This document shows positions 23,983-36,719 of a stretch of DNA of 64,000 nt, piece by piece; within the stretch, counting starts at the first letter, position 1; each line of letters starts with the position of its first letter. The notes under the pieces are model-generated. The model did no database searches and was not told the DNA's origin. It worked only from the letters and a program-made list of their open reading frames with translations. The position numbers and the translations under genes are program-made. Location of the stretch: NCBI GenBank assembly GCA_964270895.1, contig OZ185435.1, one strand, 5' to 3'. The stretch is from Podarcis filfolensis (lineage: Eukaryota).

Positions 23983-24434
23983 TGTGACTATATAAGTCTA
24001 TGGACAAGAAATGTCATTTTAAAATATTTCTGCAAAGCTTAGAAGATGTTAGCTACATGCTCTATATAACAAACAAACAACACTCTTGTTTGTCTGGTGA
24101 GAAAGTGATGTTCTGCCTTGAAGCAGTGTTCTGAAGAGAATGAAAAAAATATTAGGCAGAGGTCACCAAGTAACAGCCACAAAATTAACTGAGATATTAG
24201 AAACAGGGCCTGTGAATGGTGCAGACTTAACGAGCAAGAGCAGATCATTTCCACAGAGAGAAGGTTGAGATGTGATTAGACCCATCTGTAGATAGATTTG
24301 CACATGAAAATGTCACCCAATAAGAGCTGGCTCTTTAATTTTATTGACTAATGTATAATAAAATCCAAAGGCTGAATATGATAATTGGAATAATTCCAGT
24401 CTGAATGCATGGTGCTTCACACTCAAGGTCTTTT

Positions 24435-24548
24435 AAAATGCAACCCTATGAATTGCTACTCAGAAGTAAATCCCAAGTAAACTGCAAACAAATAAACTAA
24501 GTTCAATGAAGCTTACTCCCAAGTATGTGGGTGTAGGTTTACAGCCTG
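24435..24548. repeat. Short palindromic non-autonomous element
   Basis: CAACCCTATG...TACTCAGAAGTAA...TTACTCCCAAGTA...TAGG; related copies at ~28378-28463 and ~44770-44856. Confidence 0.5.
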
Positions 24549-25947
24549 AAAAGTGTGCAGTTACAGAAATAATTGAAGGCTGCTTCACACAAGACTAAAT
24601 TTCTTACAAAGAAGCCACTTTCATTGTTCAGATTTGCATAACTCCTTCAATTTGAGTTAATTCCATGTGAAATTCATCTTACATGCGGAAACTCATAGAG
24701 ACTGTGGAAGAAAATATTATTTTCCCTTGATGATTGCAGCAGTGGGATGGACCCAGAGAGGAAGGGGCATGTGAGAGACATTAAATTAAACCTGCGATAC
24801 TCCCCCTTATAAAACCCATTCTTCAATGAGGTCAGCATTGAAGGCATAAATGTCTGAATGTGGATTGGCTGATGCTTGGAGAATATTACATTGTAGAGAG
24901 TGTGATTATATATTTTTCCATTAGTACATCAAAATTGTTTTTGATCAGATTATGTGTGGCTTTCTTCTATTTTATTACTGCACGTTACAACACGTCAAAC
25001 TGACACAATTGCTCTTTCAGAGCATGCACCAGTCTCTCTTGCTATGCAGCTATCTAATGAGGTGGAAGCCTTTGGCCTATGGTAATTAATTTTCTTTACA
25101 CTTTTGAATGTTGAAAACTTATAACACAACTTTGGGAATGTTTTTAAAACAAGGAGGACACATCTTGCGCAACTGAAATGGAAGCATACAAGGCTTACAT
25201 ACAAGGTAGGATTATAGCATATGTTTTTCATAAGAATGTTGCAGGAGGAAAATTTGGAGAAAACATTAAAGTCAGTCTGCGGCATCCCTTTCCTTGGAGC
25301 TCTACACTGAATGTTGAAAGGTGCTAAATATGAACTGAATAATCTACATTCTATTTGAGCGGAATCTGCATTGACATGTGTGCCTCAGAGCAATGGGAAA
25401 GTGGAGCGAGACAGTGTAAAAAAGAACTCAGAATTTTAATCCGCTGATTAATGGTGAGCACAGTATGGTATATAGAACCCGAAAGAAATACATTTAGAGT
25501 TTCAAAGTACTATTCTAAATTATACAGGAAAGGTAAGAATCCCAGGGGTTGAGAATTTATTCCCTCGCCCCACCTCACAGTTGGTTCTCCTACAGCTGGA
25601 TATGCAACAGAAGGAAATTCTCACAAAGCCATTAGAGGTAGAAAAAAATAAGATGCTATTGATAATACAAAGGCCGGGAAAGCTCCAGCAGTTTTCCTGC
25701 TGAATTGAATCAAGCATATTTTGATTGATTGGTCCCTACACTTCCCAGGGCTTATAAAGAGACTTTGGAATTATGACCCTTGTTAAGTTCAATGTATGGT
25801 GCTCATGTTTCTGCTATCCTTAAGCCTGGTAAAGACCATGTTAGCTGTTTAAAGAAATGCCAATTTCTTTGACATTAAAATACTGGCAGCATTCTTTGCC
25901 AGTCGCCTGGGCAGTAATAGCAACAATGGTCATTGATCAATAGATGA

Positions 25948-26025
25948 CAACTGGTATTTCTGAGGCAACTGGTATTTCTGAGGCAACTGGCATTTCTGAG
26001 GCAACGGGAACTGGTATTTCTGAGG
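25948..26025 (+). repeat. 18-bp minisatellite, ~4 units (CAACTGGTATTTCTGAGG)
   Basis: Two perfect units, one with T>C, one with a 6-nt insertion. Confidence 0.9.
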
Positions 26026-26051
26026 TGAAGTTCTCATCTAACTCCCAATCA

Positions 26052-26453
26052 TGGCTGGATCTACACTGATCTGGAAAACACTATTAGAAAAAGTTATAAA
26101 AAAATTAGTTCCGAATGCAATTTCCCATGGAGTCAGATCGCGAGGTGTAGTGGACTTGTAATCTGGTGAACCGGGTTTGCTTCCCCGCTCCTCCACATGC
26201 AGCTGCTGGGTGACCTTGGGCTAGTCACACTTCTCTAAAGTCTCTCAGCCTCTCTCACCTCACAGAGTGTTTGTTGTGGGGGAGGAAGGGAAAGGAGAAT
26301 GTTAGCCGCTTTGAGACTCCTTAAGGGGAGTGAAAGGCGAGATATCAAGTCCAAACTCCTCCTCCTTCTCCTCCTTTTCTCTACAGTGCCCTCTGATGTG
26401 ACATTTTAAAAACTCATTTAAAATGTTATAGCTCACAAGTGTAGATTAGTCCC
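26052..26453. mobile_element. Possible PIF/Harbinger-like MITE interrupted by a SINE
   Basis: Imperfect inverted ends GGCTGGATCTACACT / AGTGTAGATTAGTCC. Confidence 0.4.
26143..26380 (+). mobile_element. Squamate SINE, 5'-truncated, (CCT)n-like tail
   Basis: GGGTGACCTTGGGCTAGTCAC...GCCGCTTTGAGACTCC; same family as 63858-64000. Confidence 0.75.
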
Positions 26454-28557
26454 ATATCATTTCTGTTTTGGAGCAACATGAATGGTATCCCACCACCTCT
26501 CATCCCTTACCCCCATACCAAGACCATAACATAACCCAATCATTTAGGTTTTAATCCTTGCAGGTTGGGAGGCAGCAACTATGGGGGTTTTTTGGGGGGG
26601 GTTGGGGAGAATAGCCAAGACCACAGAATCACTCAGAATCTTAAGAAGTCCTTGGTTCAACTCAAGATACCTTATTAATGGCACAATCCAACTTGAAAAT
26701 GTAAGAACCTTCCATGGATCACCTTTATTTATCTTGTAATTTGGGATTCACACGTAGCAATGTACAACCCCTAGCATTTTGTACTGTTTTTGAAAGCGTC
26801 CAAAGCCCCAATATCTGCCTTCTGTAGATAACTGATATTCATTTCATTGGCTTTCAGGCTACAGTTTCCCAGAAGAATGTTAGACCTTGGTTGTTCTTGT
26901 ACAAGCTAGACTCCTTTAGCTTATCTTCATTCCCCTCACCAAGGCAGAGAATACAATTGGGCTTAGATATTCATTTTCAAGCTATTTGTAAATCCATCTG
27001 TCACGTTGATTGAGTGACTGAATTATTTGTAACATTCCTGTGGGAAAATAGATTCCCCCCCAAAGGCTTGATTACTTCGATATCAATATTAGCCCCAAGT
27101 AGAGATATACAGAAGAGTGAGGTTTATAATGCAGTTGTTTGCTTTGAGGAGAATTCCACACACGCCGCTGGCAGAGGACTTATAGTGCATGGGAAATAGA
27201 CCAAGAATGAAAACAAGAACAAGATTATGAGGTTTAGAAAAGCAATCCACAGCTGTACAAAGATAAGTTAGAGGTGGAAGACGCCAGCTACGGCTGTACC
27301 ATGTCGATTCTCAAAAACATGGTGAGCTTGTCGTTGAAAGATTAAGCAGGCTCGAAGCATTTGAAGTTCTGCAAACAGCCACACTGAAAATTTTTAAAAA
27401 GAAAAACAACACAGACAGTAAGGGGCTCCTCAGTGCCTCTGAGTATAAGGTCCAGCCAAGGGCAACAACTTGTAAATATTGCTGTTTCTAGTGAGGGCTC
27501 TTGTGAGTTCTGAAGGCTGCATTCTTTAACTGGAGGCTGAGTGGGTTTTGCTTTTCATGCAGCTCACGGATTCCTACATATACTTATGCCTCAAAACAAG
27601 TAAAGAAATTGAATCGTGTCTGAGGAGCTGAGCCTAGCACATTGATAAGCACAATAATCAACAGTGCTTTCTACCACTTCAGGGGGAAAGGGGGATGCAA
27701 AGGATCGAAAGAAAAAATATTGAATAAATATGTGGAATTGCATTATGCTGAATCCAGTTTTCAAGGTAGCAAGTCACTGATAATCAAACAAGCAGAGCAA
27801 AAAAGATGGGAGGAACTTCTAAAATATGTGTAGAGCAACCCATAGTATGGATTCACTGACAGCATCTTCTGTGAGGTGAGTTATTAAGAGATTGTTTCTT
27901 ATCTATGATACAATGTTATTAGCATCACATATCAGGCAATTAGGCTTGTCCCTGTCGTCCGGAGGAGGAGGGAAAAACTTAAACACGTTGCAGAGTTCCC
28001 CAAAAATAGACCAGAGGCAATTGTACTTCATCCAGCAGAGCTTCACTGCTACTGAAGGCAAATGAGCATAATGGTCACAAATCCAATACATTCAGGATTG
28101 GCACAGTCCATGGTGTGGATGAGAAAATTTGCACCGTTTCATTTATTTATTCTTTCATGAGTCACTGTGCCTTATGTTGCACTACTTCAGACACCTTGTT
28201 TATCTATGCGATTGCCTAAGATTAATGTGTGAAAGTTCATTTTTGAGAATTAATTTCTAGAAATAAATCTTTGAGAATTAATTTCCAGAATTAATGTTCT
28301 GCTTCTTTATGTTTCTTCAGTTAATTTGCATTTCTTTTTCTACATGACCAGTTTGGATGTGAATATTAATAATACTAACAATGCAATCTTACTCAGGTGC
28401 AAGTCCCATTAAATTCAGGCGGGTGGCTTACTCCCAGGTAAGTGGGGATAGGACTGCAGCCTAAAGGAATCATGTTCGAACACCTGGATGCGACCGGCGT
28501 CTTAGATTATTCAGAAACATTCCAACTTCTCAGAACATAAAGCTGTCAGCAACAGGA

Positions 28558-30061
28558 ATAGTCAAAGTCAAAGTTTATTAGATTTGTGAGGTCCATGCCT
28601 TTACACAAAATACCATAAAACATTATTAAAAGATAAACAATAAAATTATAAAAATAAGCTAAAATTCATGCCAAGCTGTCCCAGCAAGGAAACTACCCAA
28701 AAAACTTCGCCATTCAGGAAAGAAGATACAGCAACAGGTTAGGAGAGCAATGGGAGGAACCTCACCATTTCCTCCAGGAACCATACCCTAGTTTTCATAG
28801 CCTTCACCACAAAGACCGCTACCACGTGAGAAATCCGTGGATCAGCGTCCACCAGTAAAAACTTTACTTGGTCCTCAGGGTCGGCTATTGATTTGGGAAT
28901 AGTTTGTAACATCGCATCCCTGAAGGCCGAATAGATGGGACAATACAACATGTAATGTGTGAGATCCTCTTTGGTTCTCATATGACAAGGACATATACGC
29001 TGCTCTACTGGGATTTTTGCATATCTGCCTGACAAATAGGCCGTAGGAATGGTTTGAAAACGGGCCATGGTGAAAGCTCTCCGAAGGGTGGGGTTGGTGA
29101 TATTCGCCAAATAATTGGCGCAGGTTTTGACTGATTTCAGTCGGGGAAACCAGTGGGAGGACCCTGGGTTCTGTATTTTTGTGATATCTAACAGAGCGTC
29201 TCTCTCCAGAATCCATTCCCGAACTTTGTCCGGGCTCCACAGTTTGAGAATATTAAACTCCGGTAGGGTGTATCTAACCAGGATCTCAGATAGGTTTTGA
29301 CGCCAAGTGGTGTTCTTTTGAAGAGATACAAAGGCTTATTTGTCCAATAAGGTGTTTGAAGTGTTTGCAAGGTTGATGTAAAATCGTAGGAATCTTAAGT
29401 GGGCCCTGGCAGACACAGAGGGTAATCCAACTTCCACCCTCAAGAAAGCTGCTGGTGTTCCTTGAGGAAGGCCTAGAATCCTCTTGAGGTAATAATTTTG
29501 CAAAATTTCAAGCCGTTCCAACAGCCTCTGGTTCCACCCCCAGAGTTCTATCCCATATAACATCTGGGGAATAGCTTTCCCAACAAAAGCTCTTAATGCC
29601 GGTATCACCAATTGTCCTCCCCGGGAATGGAAGAAACTAAGCAGGACACCAATTGTTCTTCATGTTAGGATGGTTACAGCCTTAAAGTGGGCTAGCCAAC
29701 TAGATGTAGCCTGAAATGTAACACCCAGATATTTTAAAAAGGGGCACTGTTCAATCACATGTTCATCTAAAGACCATTTAAAGGTGTGGCGAGCTCTAGT
29801 AAACACCACAATTTTTGTTTTGTCATAGTTTATCTTTAGTGAGTTATGAGAGCAGTAGGCTGCGATCCCCTCCAGCATGCTGCGTAAGCCTCTTCGGGTG
29901 AGTGCCATTAAAGCCATGTCATCGGCGTATAGCAATATATTCAAACGTTTACCTTCAATGGCTGGAGCCGATGACTTGTATTTTGCCATGTACTGTACAA
30001 TGTCGTTTATATAAAAGTTAAAAAGAAATGGGGCTAGCAGGCATCCCTGTTTGACCCCTTT
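28558..30061 (-). mobile_element. Young 5'-truncated RTEX-like (RTE-group) LINE, 1504 bp
   Basis: Perfect 15-bp TSD CTGTCAGCAACAGGA (28543-57, 30062-76); AATAAA plus (TTTGAC)n-type tail; RT motifs; clade assignment inferred from the C-terminal CCHC pattern. Confidence 0.9.
28739..30061 (-). pseudogene. LINE ORF2 (RT C-half plus CCHC finger), 441 codons, two in-frame stops
   Basis: GVKQGCLLAPFLFNFYIND, LLYADD, YLG, RICPC...EDLTHYMLYCPIY...R in one frame; stops at 29660-62 and 29336-38. Confidence 0.85.
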
Positions 30062-31574
30062 CTGTCAGCAACAGGATGCTTGTAGGCCAGATTCTGTGAG
30101 GGAAAGCATCTAAGCAAGCTAAGGGTGGGAATGCTGCACTGGAAGTATTTAACAAGGTGCAAGAGGCCAGCTGGTGTGTATGTGCACATGTGTATGTGTG
30201 TATGTGGGGGCAGGAAGTGTGAAATTTCATAAATATAGAAGGAGCTTACTGCTTCCTAAAGCAAAAGGTGAGGTCCTGCTGGCTAGGGATGATGGGAATT
30301 GTAGTCCAACAACAGCAGGGGACCAAAGTTTGCTAAAAGCATTTCTGAATAAGATTTCTTACTGTGACTCTACTGAAACATTATGGAGGTCTTTTCACTT
30401 TGTGGTCTTTTCATTCATTCTGCAACAATTGTTCTTCAGGTTCTTGATGTTATTTGTTTCTGCAGCATCTTCTGACCGACCAGCATAAGAAAAACAGAAG
30501 TCTATTAATTCAGAAAGAAGGTTTCTATGCATTTCTCTCCCTCTCTTTCCCCTGCTCTCTGTCATGTTCATAACAGAGGAAAGAGCCTGATCAGCTTTAC
30601 GAATTTCTGGGTAGTGATTTTTACAGCCAGTCATTCAAGCTTTTCACTTCAACAGATGTAGTGTCTATTTTTAGTTCAGGCACCTCAGATGAGCTAATTC
30701 ATCAGATGGACGCTTGAAAGCAGGATGAATTGTGGAAATAACAAACAGATGTACTAAACCATGAAAGACAATATTAACGTATTTTAAAGGTGTGGCCATG
30801 AAGTAAGCCTCCCCTATGTGCTAAATTCCTTGTATTTAGAAGTGTGTGTGTGTGTTGCAGTGTCTCTTTGTGTGTTATCTTGCCCCATATTGCGCAATTC
30901 TCTCTCACACAAAACGGAATTTATGTAATCACACTCTCCTTCATATTGTTAATTGCTTGAATAGCAAGAAAGACAAAAACCGCCCCCAAATGGGTTTCTC
31001 AGAAAAAAATGGTCATGAGATCTCATCTAACCCAAGTGACTCACAAGGACCCGAAATCCATTTTTGCAAAAACTCTTGCACATCAAAAGGACCATGCCGT
31101 ATTTCATATGATTTCTATGTAATTTAATTCATTTGCATAGTAAATACAGACCCCACTTTTCAAGAAAGCTTCTCTACTAAGCAGAGACACAGTTTGGTTA
31201 ACTAAATTATATAATACAATATACGATCAAATAATATCATGGCTGTATGCAACAGACGGCTGACTCCCACTGCAGTTGCACGTGGGCTCCATGGTGTTTT
31301 TCAATGAAAGGCATGTTCCAGCCATTCTGTATTGTATAGGGAGGCAAAACAAGAATGAAACATGAATAAAATGTGAGACACCAGTTTCTGAAAAATATTA
31401 GGAATGTCAAGATGATAACATGTGTGATCTTATATTCAGTACCATGCATGTCCCACATGAACACCTTTTCTACCATACCTCATGAACCTCCCTGGGAAAA
31501 TATTTTCTTAGCTGGGGCCAGCCTACAAATCAGATAAATAAAGGCACAGATCTAATCGCAGTATCACCTGATAC

Positions 31575-32252
31575 CATACCCTCCAACATTTCTCCAATGA
31601 AAATAGGGACGTCCCATTCCATAACGATAATTTTACTATTTATACCCCACACATCTTATTGGTTTGCCCCAGCACTCTGGGCAGCTTCCAACATATACAT
31701 ATATATAACATAATAAAACATTAACCCAGGGGGCAGCAAACTTTTTCAGCAGGGGGCCGGTCCACTGTCCCTCAGACCTTGGGGGGGCTGGACTGTATTT
31801 TGGAAAAAAAAATGAACGAATTCCTATGCCCCACAAATAACCCAGAGGTGCATTTTAAATAAAAGCACACATTCTACTCATGTAAAAACACCAGGCAGGC
31901 CCCACAAATAACCCAGAGATGCATTTTAAATCAAAGGACACATTCTACTCATGTAAAAACACACTGATTCCTGGATTGTCCACGGGCCCAATTTAGAAGG
32001 CGATTGGGCCAGATCCAGCCTCTGGGCCTTAGTTTGCATACCCATGCATTAAACATTTAAAAAACTTCCCCATACAGGATTGCCTTCCGACGACTCGGGG
32101 GTCGGATAACTCCATACCTTCCAACATTTCTCCAATGAAAATAAGGACATCCTAAGGAAAAGCAGGACATGCCGGGATCAAATCAGAAATGGGGACAGCT
32201 TCTCTAAATCAGGGACATCCCTGGAAAATAGGGATCCTTGGAGGGTCTGCAA
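31575..32252 (-). mobile_element. Composite non-autonomous element containing an L2 3' end
   Basis: Inverted ends CATACCCTCC / GGAGGGTCTG; internal GGAC-rich repeats; L2 tail segment ~31630-32085; same junction at 51410-51650; no TSD seen. Confidence 0.65.
31727..32046. mobile_element. hAT MITE nested in the composite element
   Basis: CAGGGGGCAGCAAAC / GTTTGCATACCCATG ends; TSD CATTAACC/CATTAAAC; internal ~70-bp duplication. Confidence 0.8.
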
Positions 32253-34919
32253 CACAGTGCAGGCCAAAACAGCCTTCTGCTAGAACATGTCGGTCCAGTC
32301 TGCATGGAAGACATGTGTGACATCATGTGATGCATATCACATGTGTGACATCACACACATGCGACAAGCACTGGAGCCCCCAATCTTGAGCCCTACCCAG
32401 TGCCGGTGAAGACAAGCATTTATCCAATGCTAATAGCACTGCAAATCACCACAACTGTCTTAAAATATACTATTTGGAGGGAAATGAAGGCCATTGGGCT
32501 TTGCTGAATCTTTGGTCCCATACACTAAAATTTCTTCACTTTCCCGTTTGAAATATAAAATGTCTTGCTGATGCTGTGTGACCTGACAGCAGGGGCTCTT
32601 TTGTTGAACGTTAGTGACAAATGGCTCCTGCGTGCTGTGTATATTGAAGCATGAAAAGCAGAAGCATTTATTAGCAAATAACTGTTAAGAAGAGTGATTG
32701 ATTATGACAGCCACGGAGAGAATGGTAAACAACAGCGTTTTAATGAACCATGAATTCTGACTGTTGCTGTTCCTTCTCCTGCCTAGCTGCGAACGCTCGT
32801 CCTATCCCAATTACACTCAGTACCAGCCTGAATTAAGTTCCTTGGAGAAAGAGTGCCAAGTGGTCCATTTTTGCCAGGATGCTCTACTTGTAAATGGTGT
32901 CAGATTCTAAAAGCTTACATCTTCCCAGGATAAAACCATTAAAATAGCTGTTGACTTGTTGGTTTTTTTGCTATCCTGTTTATATCAGCAAACCACAAAA
33001 GCACTACCTTCATTCATAAGAGCATTGAGGGTGTTGCAGGGGGAAGGGCGCAGCATATAAGAAGCACTTCACAATATAGTTCTGTCAATGTGCAATATTT
33101 CTTTCCAGGGGAAAAGAGTACCTTGCGCAGGGGAAACAAGTTAATGAGTTCTATATCTTTCTGCTGCATAAATACAACCTCTGAGATTGAACTGGGCACC
33201 ACCCTGTGCTGAGGTGTGCAGCAGTCTGCCAGTTCCTCTGGTTTACACTAATAAGCCGGCAAGCTAGTTTGTGCAATGACCTGACCTACAAAAATAGCGT
33301 GTTCAATCTCCATGACACTCTTAGTTATAGAAATAAACCTGTTGGTTCTGTCCCTTCATCTTAAAAATGCTCCACAGGCAGTGGGGTGGCTATTAAACAG
33401 TGCATTCCTTTTCCAAACTGTAGAACTCACAATATGGGTTCTCAGAAGCACAGCACACTGTGGCTTGGATTCTGATTTGCTCATCTATGAATGAGCTCCT
33501 TCAAGGAGTTCTGATCTAGCAGGAGCTACCACCAGCAGAAGAGGGGGAGGTGATTTTCTCCCATTTCCACTTTTTCTCTGTACTCCCCCACCCCACCCCG
33601 GGCCACCTCTTGCAGTGTTGTGGAAGATTTCCCATCCTCCAGAGCAAATTTTCGGAGGACAGAAAGGGGCTGCACAGAAAGAAGGAATTTCTGGCCTCCT
33701 TCCACCAGTGGCAGCATTTCAGATGCAGAGTTCCTTGGGAAATAGGTTCCAAGTCAATGTAATTCTTAACAGGGCAGGATTGAATATTGTTCTAAGTACT
33801 GTACGGCATGGGAAAATGAGGTGCAAATTCCAACTCAGCTCTGAAGTCTGTTGGACAAATTATTGTTTCCCAGCACAACCTACATCACAGCATTGCTGAG
33901 AAAATACGTGGAATTGAAATGGTAAAGCAATGCATGCTACAGCAATCATTCCATTAAACCCATAGATTACTTGTGGCCCACCATGGTGTGTTTTCAAATG
34001 GTTTGTAAGAACAGGCATTCCAACCTTTTCAACTGCCTTCCATGCAGTAGCCATCTTGAAGAAGTACAACAGAATCTGGAGTTGTCATACAGCACAGGTT
34101 TCAAATTATGTAATCGTTTGTGATGCACATCCCACTTCAACACTCGTCACATTAAACGTACCTATGAAGCACCCTTTTATTGTTCATGTAAATATTTGTT
34201 AGTCTTTAGCAGGTACTGAATCGTGTCTCAAAACTAAGACTGCTGCAAAAGTGATAAACATTGACGACAAGATGTCCTTGATGTTTGCTTGTATCAAATG
34301 TATGCAATCTATCATTTTACATAATGCCATACTTTCTGTAGCTGAAAGCCAATTTTCATAGTAGATGAAATAGCACGCTTCCATCTTTCAAAGCCTGTCA
34401 GAAGTCTGAATCTTTCTCTTTTGAAATCTAGAACACAGCAACGCTGGTTCTTCACATGTTTGATTTGCCAGAGGGCAAAGGTCAATTCACATGATTCTGA
34501 AACGATGCTGAAAAATGGAGATGTGCTGTTTGTGTGCTTGGTGTGTTGTGTGACAGCTCCACCACATGCCCCAAGTCTTAATTCTTTATATATGTGGATA
34601 TAATGCTTCTGAGAAATGTAACAAAGGACATGATATCATATCCTTTCTATTGTTTCATATAATTTTTGCAATAACTGTAGGAGAGTTCATTTGAGGAAAA
34701 TTGAGCATGGGCTTCACAACTCACTTTGGCAGGATCAACAGCAGACACTTAACTTGTTGATGTGACAGAGGTAGAGGTGGGGAAATTTACTATTCCTGTA
34801 GAAGGAGTGGAAAGTGATGCTAGGGATCTAGCTAGCTGCAATAGAAACCTATACAAATTGTGGGAAACTTGAATGCAATGGCTGTGCAAAATGTCATGAA
34901 AGTTGGGAAACGGAAGAGG

Positions 34920-35119
34920 CAGGGCCGGTCCAAGGAATTTTGACACTTGAGGTGAACCACAAAATAGTGCCCCCGCTCCCTGCCAGGAAAAAAGGGGTGA
35001 GTGAAGGCCTATATCAGGAATGAGTTGGGTGGAAAGATCTACATTGGGATCTGCTACCCCTGTGGATCCTGCCACCTGGGATGGTCATTTCACCTTGCCT
35101 CATGTGTGGGCCAACCCTG
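34920..35119. mobile_element. Degenerate hAT-type MITE
   Basis: CAGGGCCGGTCC / GGGCCAACCCTG ends; flanks GGAAGAGG/AGAGGAGG (6/8). Confidence 0.6.
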
Positions 35120-35329
35120 AGAGGAGGCAGAGAGAAGTGAGAAGAAAGAAATGCAGAAAATTATCTGTTCTGAAAAAAGGATAAGAGGAAGGAGTGGGTT
35201 TCTGGAGTTTCACCAGGGCCTGAGAGTTTAGGGGTCAGAACTTTCCACCAAGTACCTCAGAGCAGCAGGCTGTGTATTTCTGGGTGGCCAGCCTGTCTCA
35301 TAGGTTGCCTTGAACCCCGCCCAGGGTGG

Positions 35330-35480
35330 TTTCCTTCTGTGGTAGCCAACAAGGAGGCAGAACATAAATGCTTTGGCTAGTAGCCACAGGCAGCCTTATC
35401 CATCACAAATTTGTCTAATCTTTTAAAGCCATCCAAGATGGTGGCCATCGTTGCACATCCCATAGTTTAACAATGTGCTC
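35330..35480 (-). mobile_element. CR1 LINE fragment
   Basis: AATTTGTCTAATCTTTTAAAGCCATCCAAG...CATAGTTTAAC motif shared with 39620-39710. Confidence 0.5.
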
Positions 35481-35624
35481 TGTGACATACATTTCTATCT
35501 TCATTTTCCACCCAGGAGCTTATGGCTGCGTATGTTTTTCTCCCACCCCCTTTTAATATTTGCAACAGCCCTGTGAGGTAAGCTAGGCTAAGTTAATATA
35601 TGTAAAAACAAAAAAAAAAAAAAA

Positions 35625-35825
35625 TTCCTTCCAGTAGCACCTTAAAGACCAACTAAGTTAGTTCTTGGTATGAGCTTTCGTGTGCATGCACACGAAAGCT
35701 CATACCAAGAACTAACTTAGTTGGTCTTTAAGGTGCTACTGGAAGGAAATTTTTTTTTTAATTTTTTTTTATTATTATTTTGTTGTTTTGACTATGGCAG
35801 ACCAACACGGCTACCTATCTGTAAC
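35625..35825. mobile_element. Penelope-like pLTR in inverted (palindromic) arrangement
   Basis: Perfect 62-bp arms 35625-35686 / 35687-35748, then CAGACCAACACGGCTACC terminal segment. Confidence 0.9.
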
Positions 35826-36719
35826 TTAATATATGTATATCAGCAGCAATTCTTGTTGGGGGGGGGGGGAGAGAGATGCAGGGGCCCCAATCCAGATACA
35901 GTGTACCAGTGCTGGCATCCCTGCTGGCTTTTACACCTGTTTGTGTGATCCTGTTCAATCAGTTGCTCTGCATGGCTTTGTAACAGAGGTTAACTGATGA
36001 GGCAGAAGACAGGGCCTTCTTTCCCATGTAATGTCCTTGTTGATATCATCAGTTCCTTTTCTCCATAAAGGGGTATGTTCTGTTGTCTACCCTTGAGGAC
36101 ATGTTTCTCTCCCCCCATACTTCACCAATCAAGTAATTCAGTTTGCTGGCTCTTTCGGAGAAGATACCATTCCATCCTGCATTCACACAGAGCGCTCGCA
36201 CAGAATCCCTGCTGTTGCTGCTGCAGCAGCATAAATGGCTGTAAGGCTACATTCCCCGCAGCGAAGGAATGCAGAAAGGAAACAAAGAGGACTAGAATTA
36301 ACTCTTTCAATGTGTTTTCTTACTCAGTGCTAGCAATCTCCCATGAGGCAATGCTGCCTCAGGGGGAGCTAGGAGAGTCAAATTAGGGGGAGCAGCCAGA
36401 AGTTAAATGATGCCATTAAATTGCATGCAAAAAAACACAACCAGCCCACCAGAATTTATAAGAAAAACACAAAACACTATCTTATTTCTGCTTCTTTCAC
36501 TGGTCTGCTTTGCTCATGTAACATAAAGGACATGGTTCCTGCATTGCAGGGGATTGAACTAAATGACTCTTTGGGACCCTTCCAGCTCTATAATTTTAGG
36601 AGTGACTCAAGATTTCTCTCTGCTTTTCCAGCAGGTCAATTCTGCCATGATGCTTTAGAAGATGCCATGACAAGTGGAAGTGGTAGGTGAAATAAGGAAC
36701 TGGTGCAACATGACTTGGA

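Noticed and set aside
25948-26025. Short direct repeats resembling a CRISPR array
   Set aside because: Head-to-tail repeats without unique spacers, eukaryotic context, no cas genes
26583-26607. G-quadruplex-like G5T6G8T2G4, with a similar motif on the minus strand at 61058-61093
   Set aside because: Low-complexity G/T tracts of a kind that arise independently; no shared flanks
30395-30634. 79-aa minus ORF and nearby strong + strand acceptor at ~30586
   Set aside because: No consistent donor or frame, and no recognisable domain
33967-34050. 84-nt phase 0-0 minus exon candidate (MATAWKAVEKVGMPVLTNHLKTHHGGPQ)
   Set aside because: Plausible splice sites but isolated and unrecognised; such candidates are expected by chance in 64 kb
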